A stretch of 62,680 nt of DNA, counting the filler. It is 4 parts of 4 records of this genome, joined end to end, with 100 filler letters (N's around TTAATTAATTAA, not from the genome) between each part and the next. Parts side by side here need not be neighbours in the genome. Positions count along the whole stretch, not along the records: positions 42,137 to 53,427 come from SRR20825006_730; positions 53,528 to 62,680 come from SRR20825006_755; 2 more parts are not named here. One strand, 5' to 3'. Positions 49,479-59,068 of the stretch are shown one piece after another (position 1 is the first letter of the stretch; every line of letters begins with the position of its first letter). The translations under genes and the position numbers were made by a program. The notes below the pieces were generated by a model. It did no database searches and had not been told where the DNA came from. It saw only the letters and a list, made by a program, of their open reading frames with translations.

Positions 49479-50051
49479 TTATTTAGACCAGCTAAATTTT
49501 TGAAAAGCATCATCTAAAGGCGTTTCAGCGATATGATTAGTATAATTACTAATAACCTTTTGAGACAAACCTAAAATGATATCTAAAAGATTGCGTTGCG
49601 TATAACCTTCTTCATAAAACGCATTCAATTCTTCTTCAGAAATATAGCCGCGATTCCGCGTAAGGGCTAACGTTGTGGTGTGCAATACCTGCAACTTTTT
49701 TGTTGGTAATTCTGATTGGTCTCTTAGCGCATTGATAATAGCATCGTCTACCTTCATAGCTTTAGCAATTCCTGTATGCGCCGGTACACAATAATGACAC
49801 TCGTGCTCCACATTTATCGTTTGCCATACTACCGTGAGTTCTTCTTTATTAAACGAGGAATTGGCAAATAATTCGTGCAGATTTTGATAGGCTTCTAAAA
49901 GATTAGGTGACCCGGCTAAAACACCGTGTAAATTAGGAATGTACCCGTAAGCATCTTTAGATTTTTGAAGCAATGTTTTGCTTTTTTCACTAGCAGTGTT
50001 GATATCAAAGATTTCTAAGCTAGCTGTGTTTTCTTTCTTATTCATAGTCAT
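49479..50051 (-). CDS. AhpD/carboxymuconolactone decarboxylase family protein
   Basis: IPNLHGVLAGSP, EHECHYCVPAH (CxxC), SNYTNH. Confidence 0.9.
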   Translation of the reverse strand: MTMNKKENTASLEIFDINTASEKSKTLLQKSKDAYGYIPNLHGVLAGSPNLLEAYQNLHELFANSSFNKEELTVVWQTINVEHECHYCVPAHTGIAKAMKVDDAIINALRDQSELPTKKLQVLHTTTLALTRNRGYISEEELNAFYEEGYTQRNLLDIILGLSQKVISNYTNHIAETPLDDAFQKFSWSK

Positions 50052-50065
50052 AAAAATTAAATTTC

Positions 50066-50089
50066 ATTTCTAAACGATCGTTTAGAAAT
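50066..50089. promoter_or_regulatory. TetR operator upstream of AhpD gene
   Basis: Perfect 24-bp palindrome ATTTCTAAACGATCGTTTAGAAAT. Confidence 0.85.
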
Positions 50090-50104
50090 AGGTTAAAAAA
50101 AGAG

Positions 50105-50668
50105 TTATATAGTTTTAAATGTATATTCGATAAAATTTTCCAATTGGCTTCTATTAAACATTTTACTCGCAGAAGAAAGCCCGAACATTGCCAATAATAA
50201 ATAATCTGCCTTTTTAGGAATATGCTCTGTCTTTATCTGCGCATCTCGGTTCAATACCTCAACAAAAACTTGTTTAACATCCATTGTAAACGAGTTGATA
50301 TAGTTCTTAATATCTAAGGCTGTATCCGCATTCATTTCATTCGCGGTATTCGTAATTAAGCAACCTCTGCCGAATTCATTCTCCTTTGAAAACTCAATAA
50401 AATCATAAAAGTAGTTTTTAATGGCTGAAGCTCCTACCCCATCAGCTGCTAGGGGCTTTAACAGCATAAACAGTTCTTTTTTATAACACTTTAAACTACT
50501 CAAAAAAAGTCCATTTTTGCTTCCAAAACTAGAATAGATCGAAAACTTATTAATACCCAGCTCAGATTCAAGCATCTTAACTGAAGTTGCCTCAAACCCA
50601 TTCTTCCAAAACAGATTCATTGCTTTAAAAAGCACATCTTCTTCGTTATATTGTTTAAGTCTAGCCAT
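50105..50668 (-). CDS. TetR/AcrR family regulator
   Basis: AMNLFWKNGFEATS...GINKFSIYSSFGSK HTH; GCLITNT. Confidence 0.93.
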   Translation of the reverse strand: MARLKQYNEEDVLFKAMNLFWKNGFEATSVKMLESELGINKFSIYSSFGSKNGLFLSSLKCYKKELFMLLKPLAADGVGASAIKNYFYDFIEFSKENEFGRGCLITNTANEMNADTALDIKNYINSFTMDVKQVFVEVLNRDAQIKTEHIPKKADYLLLAMFGLSSASKMFNRSQLENFIEYTFKTI

Positions 50669-50685
50669 TTTCTTTTACTACTGCA

Positions 50686-50711
50686 CAAAACTAACCAATC
50701 GTTTAGAAATA
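50686..50711. promoter_or_regulatory. second TetR operator overlapping the -7 promoter box of tetR
   Basis: CTAACCAATCGTTTAGAAATA (2 mismatches to copy 1); TAGTTTTG on the minus strand at 50686-50693. Confidence 0.75.
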
Positions 50712-50853
50712 AGAAAGGTTTTAACCCTGTATTAAGATTTATTCCGTATTTTTCAGCTTTCTAGCCGTAAAGGCAGGCCGCTATATATGCACGACTGAGG
50801 CTAATTCGGTAAGGTGAAATTAGCTTGCCAACTTCATAAACAGCTTTTTCCTA

Positions 50854-52218
50854 TCACTCCCCATACTCCTCCTTCATCCAATTATACGGATTTCTTGCAA
50901 CCCACTGCCCTCGTGTAAAATCAGGGAATTCTTGCGGTTCGCCATTATTGGCAATCGAGGCTTCAGAAAGTGGCGTGATCGCACTCCAGGCCGCTGCGTC
51001 GTAAGCATCAATAGGAGGAGCTACATTAGCGAGCGCCGACTCTACAAAAGCTTTCATCACAAAATAATCCATTCCGCCGTGACCGGCTCCGGTGGCTTCT
51101 GCTTCATACTTTTTCCAGACCGGATGGTCGTATTGGGTCAACCACTCTTGTGCATCATCCCAGCGGTGCGGCTCAGATTTGCCTTCGATGTAGATTCGGT
51201 CGCCATCCTTTTCCCATAATCCATTTGCCCCTTGTACCCTAAATCCTAACGAATAAGGTCTGGGCAAATTGGTGTCGTGGGTCACAATGATGGTTTCTCC
51301 GTTAGCACAAGCTATGGTAGACGTGATCACATCGCCTTGCTTAAATTTGACCTTAGCATTAGGATGCGATGCACCTGCTTGCGCTACAATATGATTGTGC
51401 AGGCCTACAGCTTTGGTAGCACTGGCAGTCATACTTACAAAACGATTACCCCGGTTGATGTCTGCCATTACTGCGATAGGTCCCACCCCGTGTGTGGGAT
51501 ACGTATCGCCATTGCGATACACCGAATGCTTGGTGCGCCATTTTGCTTCAGAGATTCCTTTTTCGCCAAACTCCACACCACCGCCATAAGGTTGTTTCCC
51601 ACTATTAAACTTCACTTCTCTAAGGTCGTGTTGATAGCCACAACGGTAGTGAATCATTTCACCAAAAACCTGTTGTTTTACCATATTGAGCACGGCCATC
51701 ACATCCCTGCGAAAATTCACATTCTCCAAAAACATCATATGCGTGCCGGTCGCTTCGTGCGTATTCACCAGATCCCAACACTCCTCGATAGTTTGTGATG
51801 CCGAAACTTCCAAACCGGCATATACTCCGGCTTTCATCGCCGCCACGGCCATCTTGGTATGCCACAACCACGGCGTAGCAATGATCACTGCATCTACTTC
51901 TTTTGAATCCAAAAGGTTTAAATAATCTTCTTCGTGCTTGCCAAAAACCAAGGGCTTCTTTCTCCCATCCTTTTGAATCAGGTCTAAAGCAATCTCAATG
52001 CGCTTAGGATCAATGTCGCAAATCGCAGTGATTTCCGTATCGGTTCGTCGCATTGCGTTGTTTAAGTGATTGATTCCTCTTAAACCAACCCCGATAAAAC
52101 CGAGTTTTAATTTTTCGGCCAAAGGCTTTGCATTTAGTGGAAAAACCAAATGCGGTGCAAGACTTATTCCGGCTCCAACCACCGCAGTTCCTTTGATAAA
52201 CGTTCTTCTGGAATTCAT
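50854..52218 (-). CDS. GH109-like NAD-dependent glycosidase (Gfo/Idh/MocA fold), Tat-exported
   Basis: SRRTFIK twin-arginine signal, GFIGVGLRG, ATPWLWH, YPTHG, TNLPRPYS, GHGGMDY. Confidence 0.88.
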   Translation of the reverse strand: MNSRRTFIKGTAVVGAGISLAPHLVFPLNAKPLAEKLKLGFIGVGLRGINHLNNAMRRTDTEITAICDIDPKRIEIALDLIQKDGRKKPLVFGKHEEDYLNLLDSKEVDAVIIATPWLWHTKMAVAAMKAGVYAGLEVSASQTIEECWDLVNTHEATGTHMMFLENVNFRRDVMAVLNMVKQQVFGEMIHYRCGYQHDLREVKFNSGKQPYGGGVEFGEKGISEAKWRTKHSVYRNGDTYPTHGVGPIAVMADINRGNRFVSMTASATKAVGLHNHIVAQAGASHPNAKVKFKQGDVITSTIACANGETIIVTHDTNLPRPYSLGFRVQGANGLWEKDGDRIYIEGKSEPHRWDDAQEWLTQYDHPVWKKYEAEATGAGHGGMDYFVMKAFVESALANVAPPIDAYDAAAWSAITPLSEASIANNGEPQEFPDFTRGQWVARNPYNWMKEEYGE

Positions 52219-52318
52219 AGATTTTAGTTTGACATTGGAGCATGCTTCATTGCTACTCGTATCTTTGTTAAATTAAAACATTCCTTCGGTCCTACAAAAC
52301 CCTGCTAAACCTAAACCT

Positions 52319-53323
52319 ATGTTACGCCCTTTTATCGACGCTCACGTTCATCTTAATACCAATACGCAGGCCAAGCTTCAACTGGCAGCGCAGTACGATG
52401 CGTATTTCGTTTCCATCAATACTGACATTCCTTTCTTTATTGACCTCCAAGCGCAACAAGAGATGATCACTACCCTAAACAAAAGTGCGCAGCGTTCGTT
52501 TTTTATCACCTCCTTTGATACTCAATATTGGAACACCCCCCGCTGGCTTCCCCACGCTATGGAACAAATTAAAGCGGGAATTGCAGCCGGTGCTAAAGGC
52601 GTTAAGATCTGGAAGAATATTGGGATGGACGAAAACCTGAAAGACGCGCAAGGGAATTTTGTTTTGCTTGATGATGCGCGTTTTGATCCTATCTTTCAAT
52701 ACTTGAGCGATGCCGGGATTTTATTGATCAACCATCAAGGCGAACCACGTAATTGCTGGTTATCACTGGAAGAAATGACTGTCGCTTCTGACCGGAACTA
52801 TTTTGCTGCACATCCGGAATACCATATGTTTAAAAACAAGCACTACCCGTCTTACGAAACGCATATGGCCGCACGGGACCGGGTGTTAGAACGCTATCCA
52901 AAGTTGAACTATGTAGGCTTGCATTTGTTTAGTATGGAATATGATCTCGACGAGGTCGCTAAGCGGCTCGACCGGTTTCCCAACACAAAAACAGATCTTG
53001 CCGAACGCATTTGCCACGTACAGTTGCAAGCAATGCAGGATTGGGAAAAAGTCCGGCAGTTTTTTATAGACTATCAGGATCGCATCATTTACGGCACTGA
53101 TGTTATTGATGACGGAAGTACCTCTGCGGAAGCTATTGCCGCCAAACTAGAACAACTTTGGCAGTATCACTGGGAGTTCTTTGCCACAGACCATATTATG
53201 GAAGCTCCTGAATTCACCGGAAGCTTTAAAGGTTTAAACCTGCCGCAACCCATCTTAAAAAAAATCTTTTACAGCAACGCCGTAGCCACCTACAAGCTAG
53301 ACCTTCCCCAAGCGAATTTTTAA
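52319..53323 (+). CDS. amidohydrolase family protein (TIM-barrel metal hydrolase)
   Basis: IDAHVH, GVKIWK, IIYGTD, KIFYSNA. Confidence 0.87.
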   Translation: MLRPFIDAHVHLNTNTQAKLQLAAQYDAYFVSINTDIPFFIDLQAQQEMITTLNKSAQRSFFITSFDTQYWNTPRWLPHAMEQIKAGIAAGAKGVKIWKNIGMDENLKDAQGNFVLLDDARFDPIFQYLSDAGILLINHQGEPRNCWLSLEEMTVASDRNYFAAHPEYHMFKNKHYPSYETHMAARDRVLERYPKLNYVGLHLFSMEYDLDEVAKRLDRFPNTKTDLAERICHVQLQAMQDWEKVRQFFIDYQDRIIYGTDVIDDGSTSAEAIAAKLEQLWQYHWEFFATDHIMEAPEFTGSFKGLNLPQPILKKIFYSNAVATYKLDLPQANF

Positions 53324-53341
53324 TAGAAGAAATACAAAATT

Positions 53342-53378
53342 CAGTGGGCAGTACCAGTAGGCAGTCTTAATGAGCAGT
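53342..53378. repeat. 13-bp-period degenerate tandem repeat (CAGTRGGCAGT)
   Basis: CAGTGGGCAGT / CAGTAGGCAGT / TAATGAGCAGT at 53342, 53355, 53368. Confidence 0.55.
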
Positions 53379-53427
53379 TTGCTATTGTTATAGTTTTTTA
53401 TTTCTGATTTATTATTCCGTATTAAAG

Positions 53428-53527
53428 NNNNNNNNNNNNNNNNNNNNNNNNNNNNNNNNNNNNNNNNNNNNTTAATTAATTAANNNNNNNNNNNNNNNNN
53501 NNNNNNNNNNNNNNNNNNNNNNNNNNN
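53428..53527. other. artificial contig spacer
   Basis: 44 N + TTAATTAATTAA + 44 N. Confidence 0.99.
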
Positions 53528-54903
53528 CGATCCTCGGCCGGGAGCAGGACATGGAAGGTTGTGCCCTTGCCCATTTCGGTTTCAAACCAGATGCGTCCGC
53601 CATGCTTGACCTGCACGATGTCGTGGGTGATGGCAAGGCCCTGACCGGTGCCCTTGCCGACTTCCTTGGTGGTGAAAAACGGGTTGAAGATTTTGGATCG
53701 GTTTTCCTTGGCGATGCCGGTGCCGTTATCGGAAATACTGATCAGGACACTGTCATCAAGGAAGGTGGTTTTGATCCTGATCTCGCCTTCTTCGGGCGTG
53801 CGTCCGGCGGCGTCAATCGCCTGGGCGGCATTCACGAGCAGGTTGAGGAAGACCTGATTGATTTCGTTGATGTGGCACGGGATATGCGGCAGTTCCGGTT
53901 CGTAATTTTCGACGAGCTGCGCGTAATGTTTCCATTCGTTACGCGAAATCACGGTGACGTTTGACAGGACGCGATTGATATCGGTCGCGGTTTTTTCCGC
54001 CCCGCCCGGATGGGAAAATTCCTTCATCGACAGCACAATGCGGGCCACCTGATTGATGCCGTCAAGGGATTGCTGGGTGGCGTGCGGGATTTCATCAAGC
54101 AGGAATTCCAGATCGGCATCGCGCATTTTGCGGGCAAAATTATTGAAGGTGTTTTCAGGCAACCGGTCGCGATTCTGCCACAGCGTTTGCAAGGCCAGCC
54201 CCAGAATGCGCGACAGCGCCCCATAGCCGTCATTGAGGAATTTCAGGTTGTCGCGGATATACTGGCTGGGCGTATTGATTTCATGGGCAATGCCCCCGGC
54301 AAGATGACCGATGGCTTCGAGTTTCAAGGCTTCGCGCAATTCACCTTCGAGCTTTTGATGCGATTCTTCGGCCTGTTTGCGGCGCGTGATATCGCGGAAA
54401 ATGTAAAGGTAGCTCATTTCGCCGGTGAAATTGGCGGGGCTTACGGTGATTTCCATCGGAAAGGTATCGCCATCAAGGCGCTGTCCCATGGTTTCGGTAT
54501 AATCATAGCGTAGTGTGCCGCTGCTGATATTGATGCAACGGTTGAGTAATTTGTGACGCACGGTCGATTTTCGATCGACAAACAATGCATCAACCGACCG
54601 GCCCAGCATATCGGACATTGTGCCCCGCATCAGATTGAGTGCGGACTCGTTGCAATCGCAAATCATCCCGGCACCATCAATGACCAGAATGCCTTCGACA
54701 ACGCTGTTGAGGATGGTTTTAAGCCGCTGATTTGACTCGGTTTCGCGTTTCTTCTGTTCGTTCAGAAGAGCATGAATCTGCTTCAGGGCTTCGGGGCTGA
54801 CATCAAGTTGATCAATCGCGTCGAGCAAGTCGTCGGTACCCGCCGAATCGCTGGTCGGGTGGATGACCTTGAGGTTTTCGTCATTGTGGTGTGTGTCGTT
54901 CAT
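53528..54903 (-). CDS. cytoplasmic PAS-domain sensor histidine kinase (3' end at contig gap)
   Basis: PAS region, H-box GIAHEINTP, NLLVNA, DNGTGI, FFTTKEVGKGTGQGL; no TM helix. Confidence 0.93.
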
Positions 54904-54919
54904 ACCGGCTTTCCGTGTT

Positions 54920-56119
54920 TCAACCGTTTTGCGAAGGTTTCATGCCGCCACGACGAATGCGGATCGGTTCATGGAATTTGTGGATCTGTTGAAACACGCG
55001 CAGGCGCTGCAACTGGACCTCGGAAACGTGGTTGCCGTGGGTCAGCAGCACATGACCATCGACGGTTTCGATATCGGTCATCAGGAAGTCGTGCACACGC
55101 AGCGATTTTAGCAAGATATCCTGTTCGCGGCCCTTGGGATGGATATCGACATCGTAAGAGTCGTCAACTATTGCCAGCAGGTCGGAAATCTGACCGAAAA
55201 GTTCCGGATCGTAGCGATGCGGGTGTTCTTTCAATTCATCGAAATTCTGGGCCAGTGGCATGTCGCTGGTGCTGATTTCGGCAAGGTCATTGAGGATACG
55301 CAGCACGCGCGCGCCAAGAGGAATATCCGTACCCTTCGGACTGTTGTCGGTGGGGAAGCCCGTCCCGTCAAAATTGCGGAACTGAAGATAGACGATTTCG
55401 CCGATATGGTTCAAACGCGGGATATTGGAAATCAGTCGTTTTCCGACCTCTGGCGTGCGTTTCAAAAGGTCGCGTTCAAGCGGTTGCAGAACCTTGCCCA
55501 TGGCCAGACGCGCCAGCGTTTCAGGTGGTAGCGAGACCAGGCCAATCGGCGCAAGAAGGGCGGCCAGACCAAGTTCCCACGGCTGGGGATAGCCAATATC
55601 GCGCGCAATCATGTCGCACCATGATTTCACCCGCATGGACCGGCCGAATATCAGGGGATTAAGCTGGGCCAGAACATCGGTCAGAACCTTGACGCTGCCT
55701 GCCAGTGTCTGTTCCAGAAGATCGCGTTCCGCCGTGATCAGATGATATTGGCGGATGGCATCGTTGATCCCCTGTTCAAGAATTTCATCATCGCAGGGTT
55801 TGCTGAAAAACCGGAAAATATGACCGCGATTGATGGCCTCGACAGCGGTGTGCTGGTCGGCATTGCCGGTCAGCATCATGCGAACCGTATCGGGACTGAC
55901 GCGCCCGATTTCGGTCAGAAGTTTCACACCGTCCATGCCTGGCATCCGCATATCGGCGATGCAGACGGCGAAGGGGCCGTCTTCCATCAGGATACGCAAG
56001 GCTTCCTGCCCGCCAATGGCGATTTCAAAATCGTATTTGTGACGCATCTTGCGTTGCAGGGCATGCAGCAGGTTTTTGTCGTCATCAACGAAAAGGACTT
56101 TGCTTTTTTCCATGGCCAC
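54920..56119 (-). CDS. response regulator with REC and degenerate HD-GYP-like domain
   Basis: FVDDD, ADMRMPGMDG, FSKP; ALLAPIG and FDGTGFP in place of LHDIG and GYP. Confidence 0.88.
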   Translation of the reverse strand: MAMEKSKVLFVDDDKNLLHALQRKMRHKYDFEIAIGGQEALRILMEDGPFAVCIADMRMPGMDGVKLLTEIGRVSPDTVRMMLTGNADQHTAVEAINRGHIFRFFSKPCDDEILEQGINDAIRQYHLITAERDLLEQTLAGSVKVLTDVLAQLNPLIFGRSMRVKSWCDMIARDIGYPQPWELGLAALLAPIGLVSLPPETLARLAMGKVLQPLERDLLKRTPEVGKRLISNIPRLNHIGEIVYLQFRNFDGTGFPTDNSPKGTDIPLGARVLRILNDLAEISTSDMPLAQNFDELKEHPHRYDPELFGQISDLLAIVDDSYDVDIHPKGREQDILLKSLRVHDFLMTDIETVDGHVLLTHGNHVSEVQLQRLRVFQQIHKFHEPIRIRRGGMKPSQNG

Positions 56120-56125
56120 GGATCT

Positions 56126-57364
56126 TTACTGGGTCAGGGTTTTGTATTTGTCGGCGACAACGCGCGCGATCATGCGCCATTCGTCAAGCTGGTCAGCTTT
56201 GCCGATGGTTTTCAGATATTCCATGTCGATATGGCTTTCGACCTGTTTGCCGGTTTCTTCGGCGGCAACCTGCCGGGTGAGGTCCTGTGCGACATAAATT
56301 GCGGTAAGGACGTTCATTTCGCGATGCGGGGTATCCATCGGGCGGTGGTGATAGGCAACGGCCTGTACCACCGGGGCGGGGAAGCCCCATAAACCCAGAA
56401 GATAGGCGCCTATTTCCGGATGACCGGCGCCGAACTGTTCGATTTCGGCCTGTTCGATGGGGATATGTTCCTGTTCGACCCGATCAATCACCTTGGCCAT
56501 TTCGGCATTGCGGTTGGCATAAAGGATCAGGCTGCCGACGTGGCTGAGCATGCCGGTCGAGGGAACAGCGTGGCAGATGGCGCGCGGCAGTTTTTCATAT
56601 TCGGCAATCAGGGCGGCGGTGACGCCGATCTGCTGGCTGCGATGGCAGAGGCGCAGCAATTTGTCGGCTTCGCTTTTGGGGCCATCAAATCCGCGGAAAA
56701 TGCCAACAAAAAGGGCCAGTGCTTTTAGCGTCTCGGTCCCGATCATGCGTACGGCATGGGAGACGGAACTGATTTTCTGGGCGATGGCGAAATAGGCGGA
56801 GTTGGTCAGTTTCAGGACTTCGGCGGTCAGGGCGATATCGGATGAAACGATCCGGGTGATCTGATCCTGGGATATTCTCGGGTCTTCGAGTGCCTTGACC
56901 AGCCGAAGGTAAGTATCGGGCGGGGAACTGAGTGTGTCGATGCTGGCAACGAGGGACCGCAATTCCGGCCTGGTCAGCAGACTGCGCAAATCAAGCGCGT
57001 TTTCGATGGTTTCGATCAGCACTAGGTCTTCGCACGGTTTGGCAAGATATTGATGGGCTGGCCCGACGGTACGCAGAACGGCCTCTTCCTCGGCGAAGCC
57101 CGAAAGGATGATGCGGGTGGCGTGTGGATGGGATTTTTGCAGGGTGCTCAGCAACGTTGCGCCGTCCATACCGGGCATCCGCATATCCGATACGACCACA
57201 TCGAATTCTTCGTGACTGGCAAGTTCAATGGCGGCAGCCGCACTGGTGGCAAAAACCATGTGCCAGTCCGGACGCATGCCGCGCAACCGCCGCCGCAGGC
57301 CGTTCAGGATGTTTTCGTCATCATCAACGAACAGGATATTATTCATAAAATAGGTCCATGCCAC
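56126..57364 (-). CDS. response regulator with REC and HDOD domain
   Basis: FVDDD, SDMRMPGMDG; DIALTAEVLKLTNSAYF, HPEIGAYLLGLWGFP, AVAYHH; start may be the second Met. Confidence 0.9.
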   Translation of the reverse strand: MAWTYFMNNILFVDDDENILNGLRRRLRGMRPDWHMVFATSAAAAIELASHEEFDVVVSDMRMPGMDGATLLSTLQKSHPHATRIILSGFAEEEAVLRTVGPAHQYLAKPCEDLVLIETIENALDLRSLLTRPELRSLVASIDTLSSPPDTYLRLVKALEDPRISQDQITRIVSSDIALTAEVLKLTNSAYFAIAQKISSVSHAVRMIGTETLKALALFVGIFRGFDGPKSEADKLLRLCHRSQQIGVTAALIAEYEKLPRAICHAVPSTGMLSHVGSLILYANRNAEMAKVIDRVEQEHIPIEQAEIEQFGAGHPEIGAYLLGLWGFPAPVVQAVAYHHRPMDTPHREMNVLTAIYVAQDLTRQVAAEETGKQVESHIDMEYLKTIGKADQLDEWRMIARVVADKYKTLTQ

Positions 57365-57714
57365 GAGAACTGACTATGAATTTGGTGATTTTGTCCGCCA
57401 GATCAAAGGTCTCGATCACATTTAAATAAAATTGCAGGAAAAGATATTCTGCACGTTCAGGATGTGATGGCGCATTTCGGCGGCGGGCCGCGAGTCGTGC
57501 ACAGGCGATACAGGGGCGATCAATGCCGCATCGAACAGGCCCCGGGCGAGCATAATTGTTTTACAATTTATGTTGGCTGGTTGTTGGAAAGCGCCCGGCA
57601 AATTCCAAGATGTCATATAGTGTCAGAAAATAACGGGCCCGGCCCGGCTATACTAATTTTGTAACGTTGCATTTTGCGGTTGGGGCAGGTTGCTGGGGGG
57701 ATTGATTCTATCAC

Positions 57715-58986
57715 ATGGTGTCACGACCGGAGCTGATCGAGGCGATCAAAAAGCATCAGCGATATGTTTTAAAGCAGCCCGGTGGCAAGCGCATGCAGCT
57801 TCGCAACGGGAACCTTTCGCGTATCAAAATGAGCAAGATCAGCCTTGAAGACGCCATCCTGCCCGGAGCAAACTTCATCCAGGCCGTGATCAAGGATGTC
57901 AGTTTCAATTTCTGTGACCTGTTTGGAACCAACTTTGTCGAAGCCGATCTTGAAGGATCAAGCTTTGAGCGGGCCGATTTGCGCGGGGCGAATATGGCGC
58001 GGGCCAAGTTGCGAAACGCCAGTCTCAAGGCGGCCGATCTCCGGTCCGGAGTGATGATCGTGATGGATGCCGGGCGGGAACGCCGGGTCAAACGGGCCAC
58101 TGATCTTGGCAATGCCGACATGGCAGGGTCGATGATGGCGGGGGTCAATCTTTCGGAAGCCAATATGTCGGGTTCCAGTCTGGTTGATGCCGACCTGAGT
58201 GATGCGAACATGTTTGCCGTCAATCTTGCCGGGGCGGATTTAACGGGCTGCAATCTTTCGGGGGCGAAGATGAAGAACGCCAACCTCAAGGGGGCGAAGC
58301 TTCATAATGCGGTTCTGGCCGGTACCGATTTAAGCGGAGCGAACCTTCGCAATGTCGATCTGAACGGTGTCGATCTTTCGCAGGCCAATACGGCCAACAG
58401 CCTTGGCAGCAAGGCAGTGGCCCCCTTGCCCGAAGATATTCGCGATCTGGTCAATGCACATAGCGAATGGCTTTCGACCGGTGGACGACAGGGCAAGCCG
58501 TTGAATGCGACCGGGCGTGACCTTTCGGGGATGGATTTTTCGGGCCTGGATCTTTCGGCGGCATGTTTTGAAAATTGCGTTTTACGCGGTGCGTTGTTCG
58601 TCGATACCATTCTTGCCATGGCATCACTGCGGCGGGCGGACCTTAAACTGGCGAAATTCAATAGTGCGATATTAAACGGTGTGCGGTTGAACGGGGCCAA
58701 CTGCCAGAAGGCGATATTCCAGGGCGCGCGGTTTGGTGCCGTTGAACAACGTGATGGCAATGGGCAAAAAACAGGTGTGATCTGGTATGCCGATCTGAGC
58801 GGTGCGGATTTTTCCAAGGCCGATATGCGCAATGCCAGTTTCAGCCAGCCAAAGATGGCGGAAGTCAAAATGGTGCGCGCCAATATTTCCGGCGTTGCAT
58901 TTGGTGAAACGGACCTGAGCAGTGTGGATTTTGCTGGGGCCAATGTGGCCGCGGCCCTGAATGGGCGTTTGCCCGATCACGCCTGA
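57715..58986 (+). CDS. pentapeptide repeat protein
   Basis: Extensive A(D/N)LxG-type repeats in two blocks. Confidence 0.93.
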   Translation: MVSRPELIEAIKKHQRYVLKQPGGKRMQLRNGNLSRIKMSKISLEDAILPGANFIQAVIKDVSFNFCDLFGTNFVEADLEGSSFERADLRGANMARAKLRNASLKAADLRSGVMIVMDAGRERRVKRATDLGNADMAGSMMAGVNLSEANMSGSSLVDADLSDANMFAVNLAGADLTGCNLSGAKMKNANLKGAKLHNAVLAGTDLSGANLRNVDLNGVDLSQANTANSLGSKAVAPLPEDIRDLVNAHSEWLSTGGRQGKPLNATGRDLSGMDFSGLDLSAACFENCVLRGALFVDTILAMASLRRADLKLAKFNSAILNGVRLNGANCQKAIFQGARFGAVEQRDGNGQKTGVIWYADLSGADFSKADMRNASFSQPKMAEVKMVRANISGVAFGETDLSSVDFAGANVAAALNGRLPDHA

Positions 58987-59009
58987 TTTTGAAGGTCGGG
59001 GGTATCTGT

Positions 59010-59043
59010 AAAAAAAACCGCCTTTCGGGTGAAAGGCGGATTT
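59010..59043. terminator. bidirectional intrinsic terminator
   Basis: AAAAAAAACCGCCTTTC-GGGT-GAAAGGCGGATTT between convergent genes. Confidence 0.85.
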
Positions 59044-59068
59044 GATCTTTTGGGGTCTGGCAAGCTGA

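Noticed and set aside
57365-57714. Riboswitch or sRNA in the 350-bp intergenic region
   Set aside because: No recognisable aptamer consensus by eye, only a short AATTGT-TTT-ACAATT palindrome; an Rfam scan would be needed.
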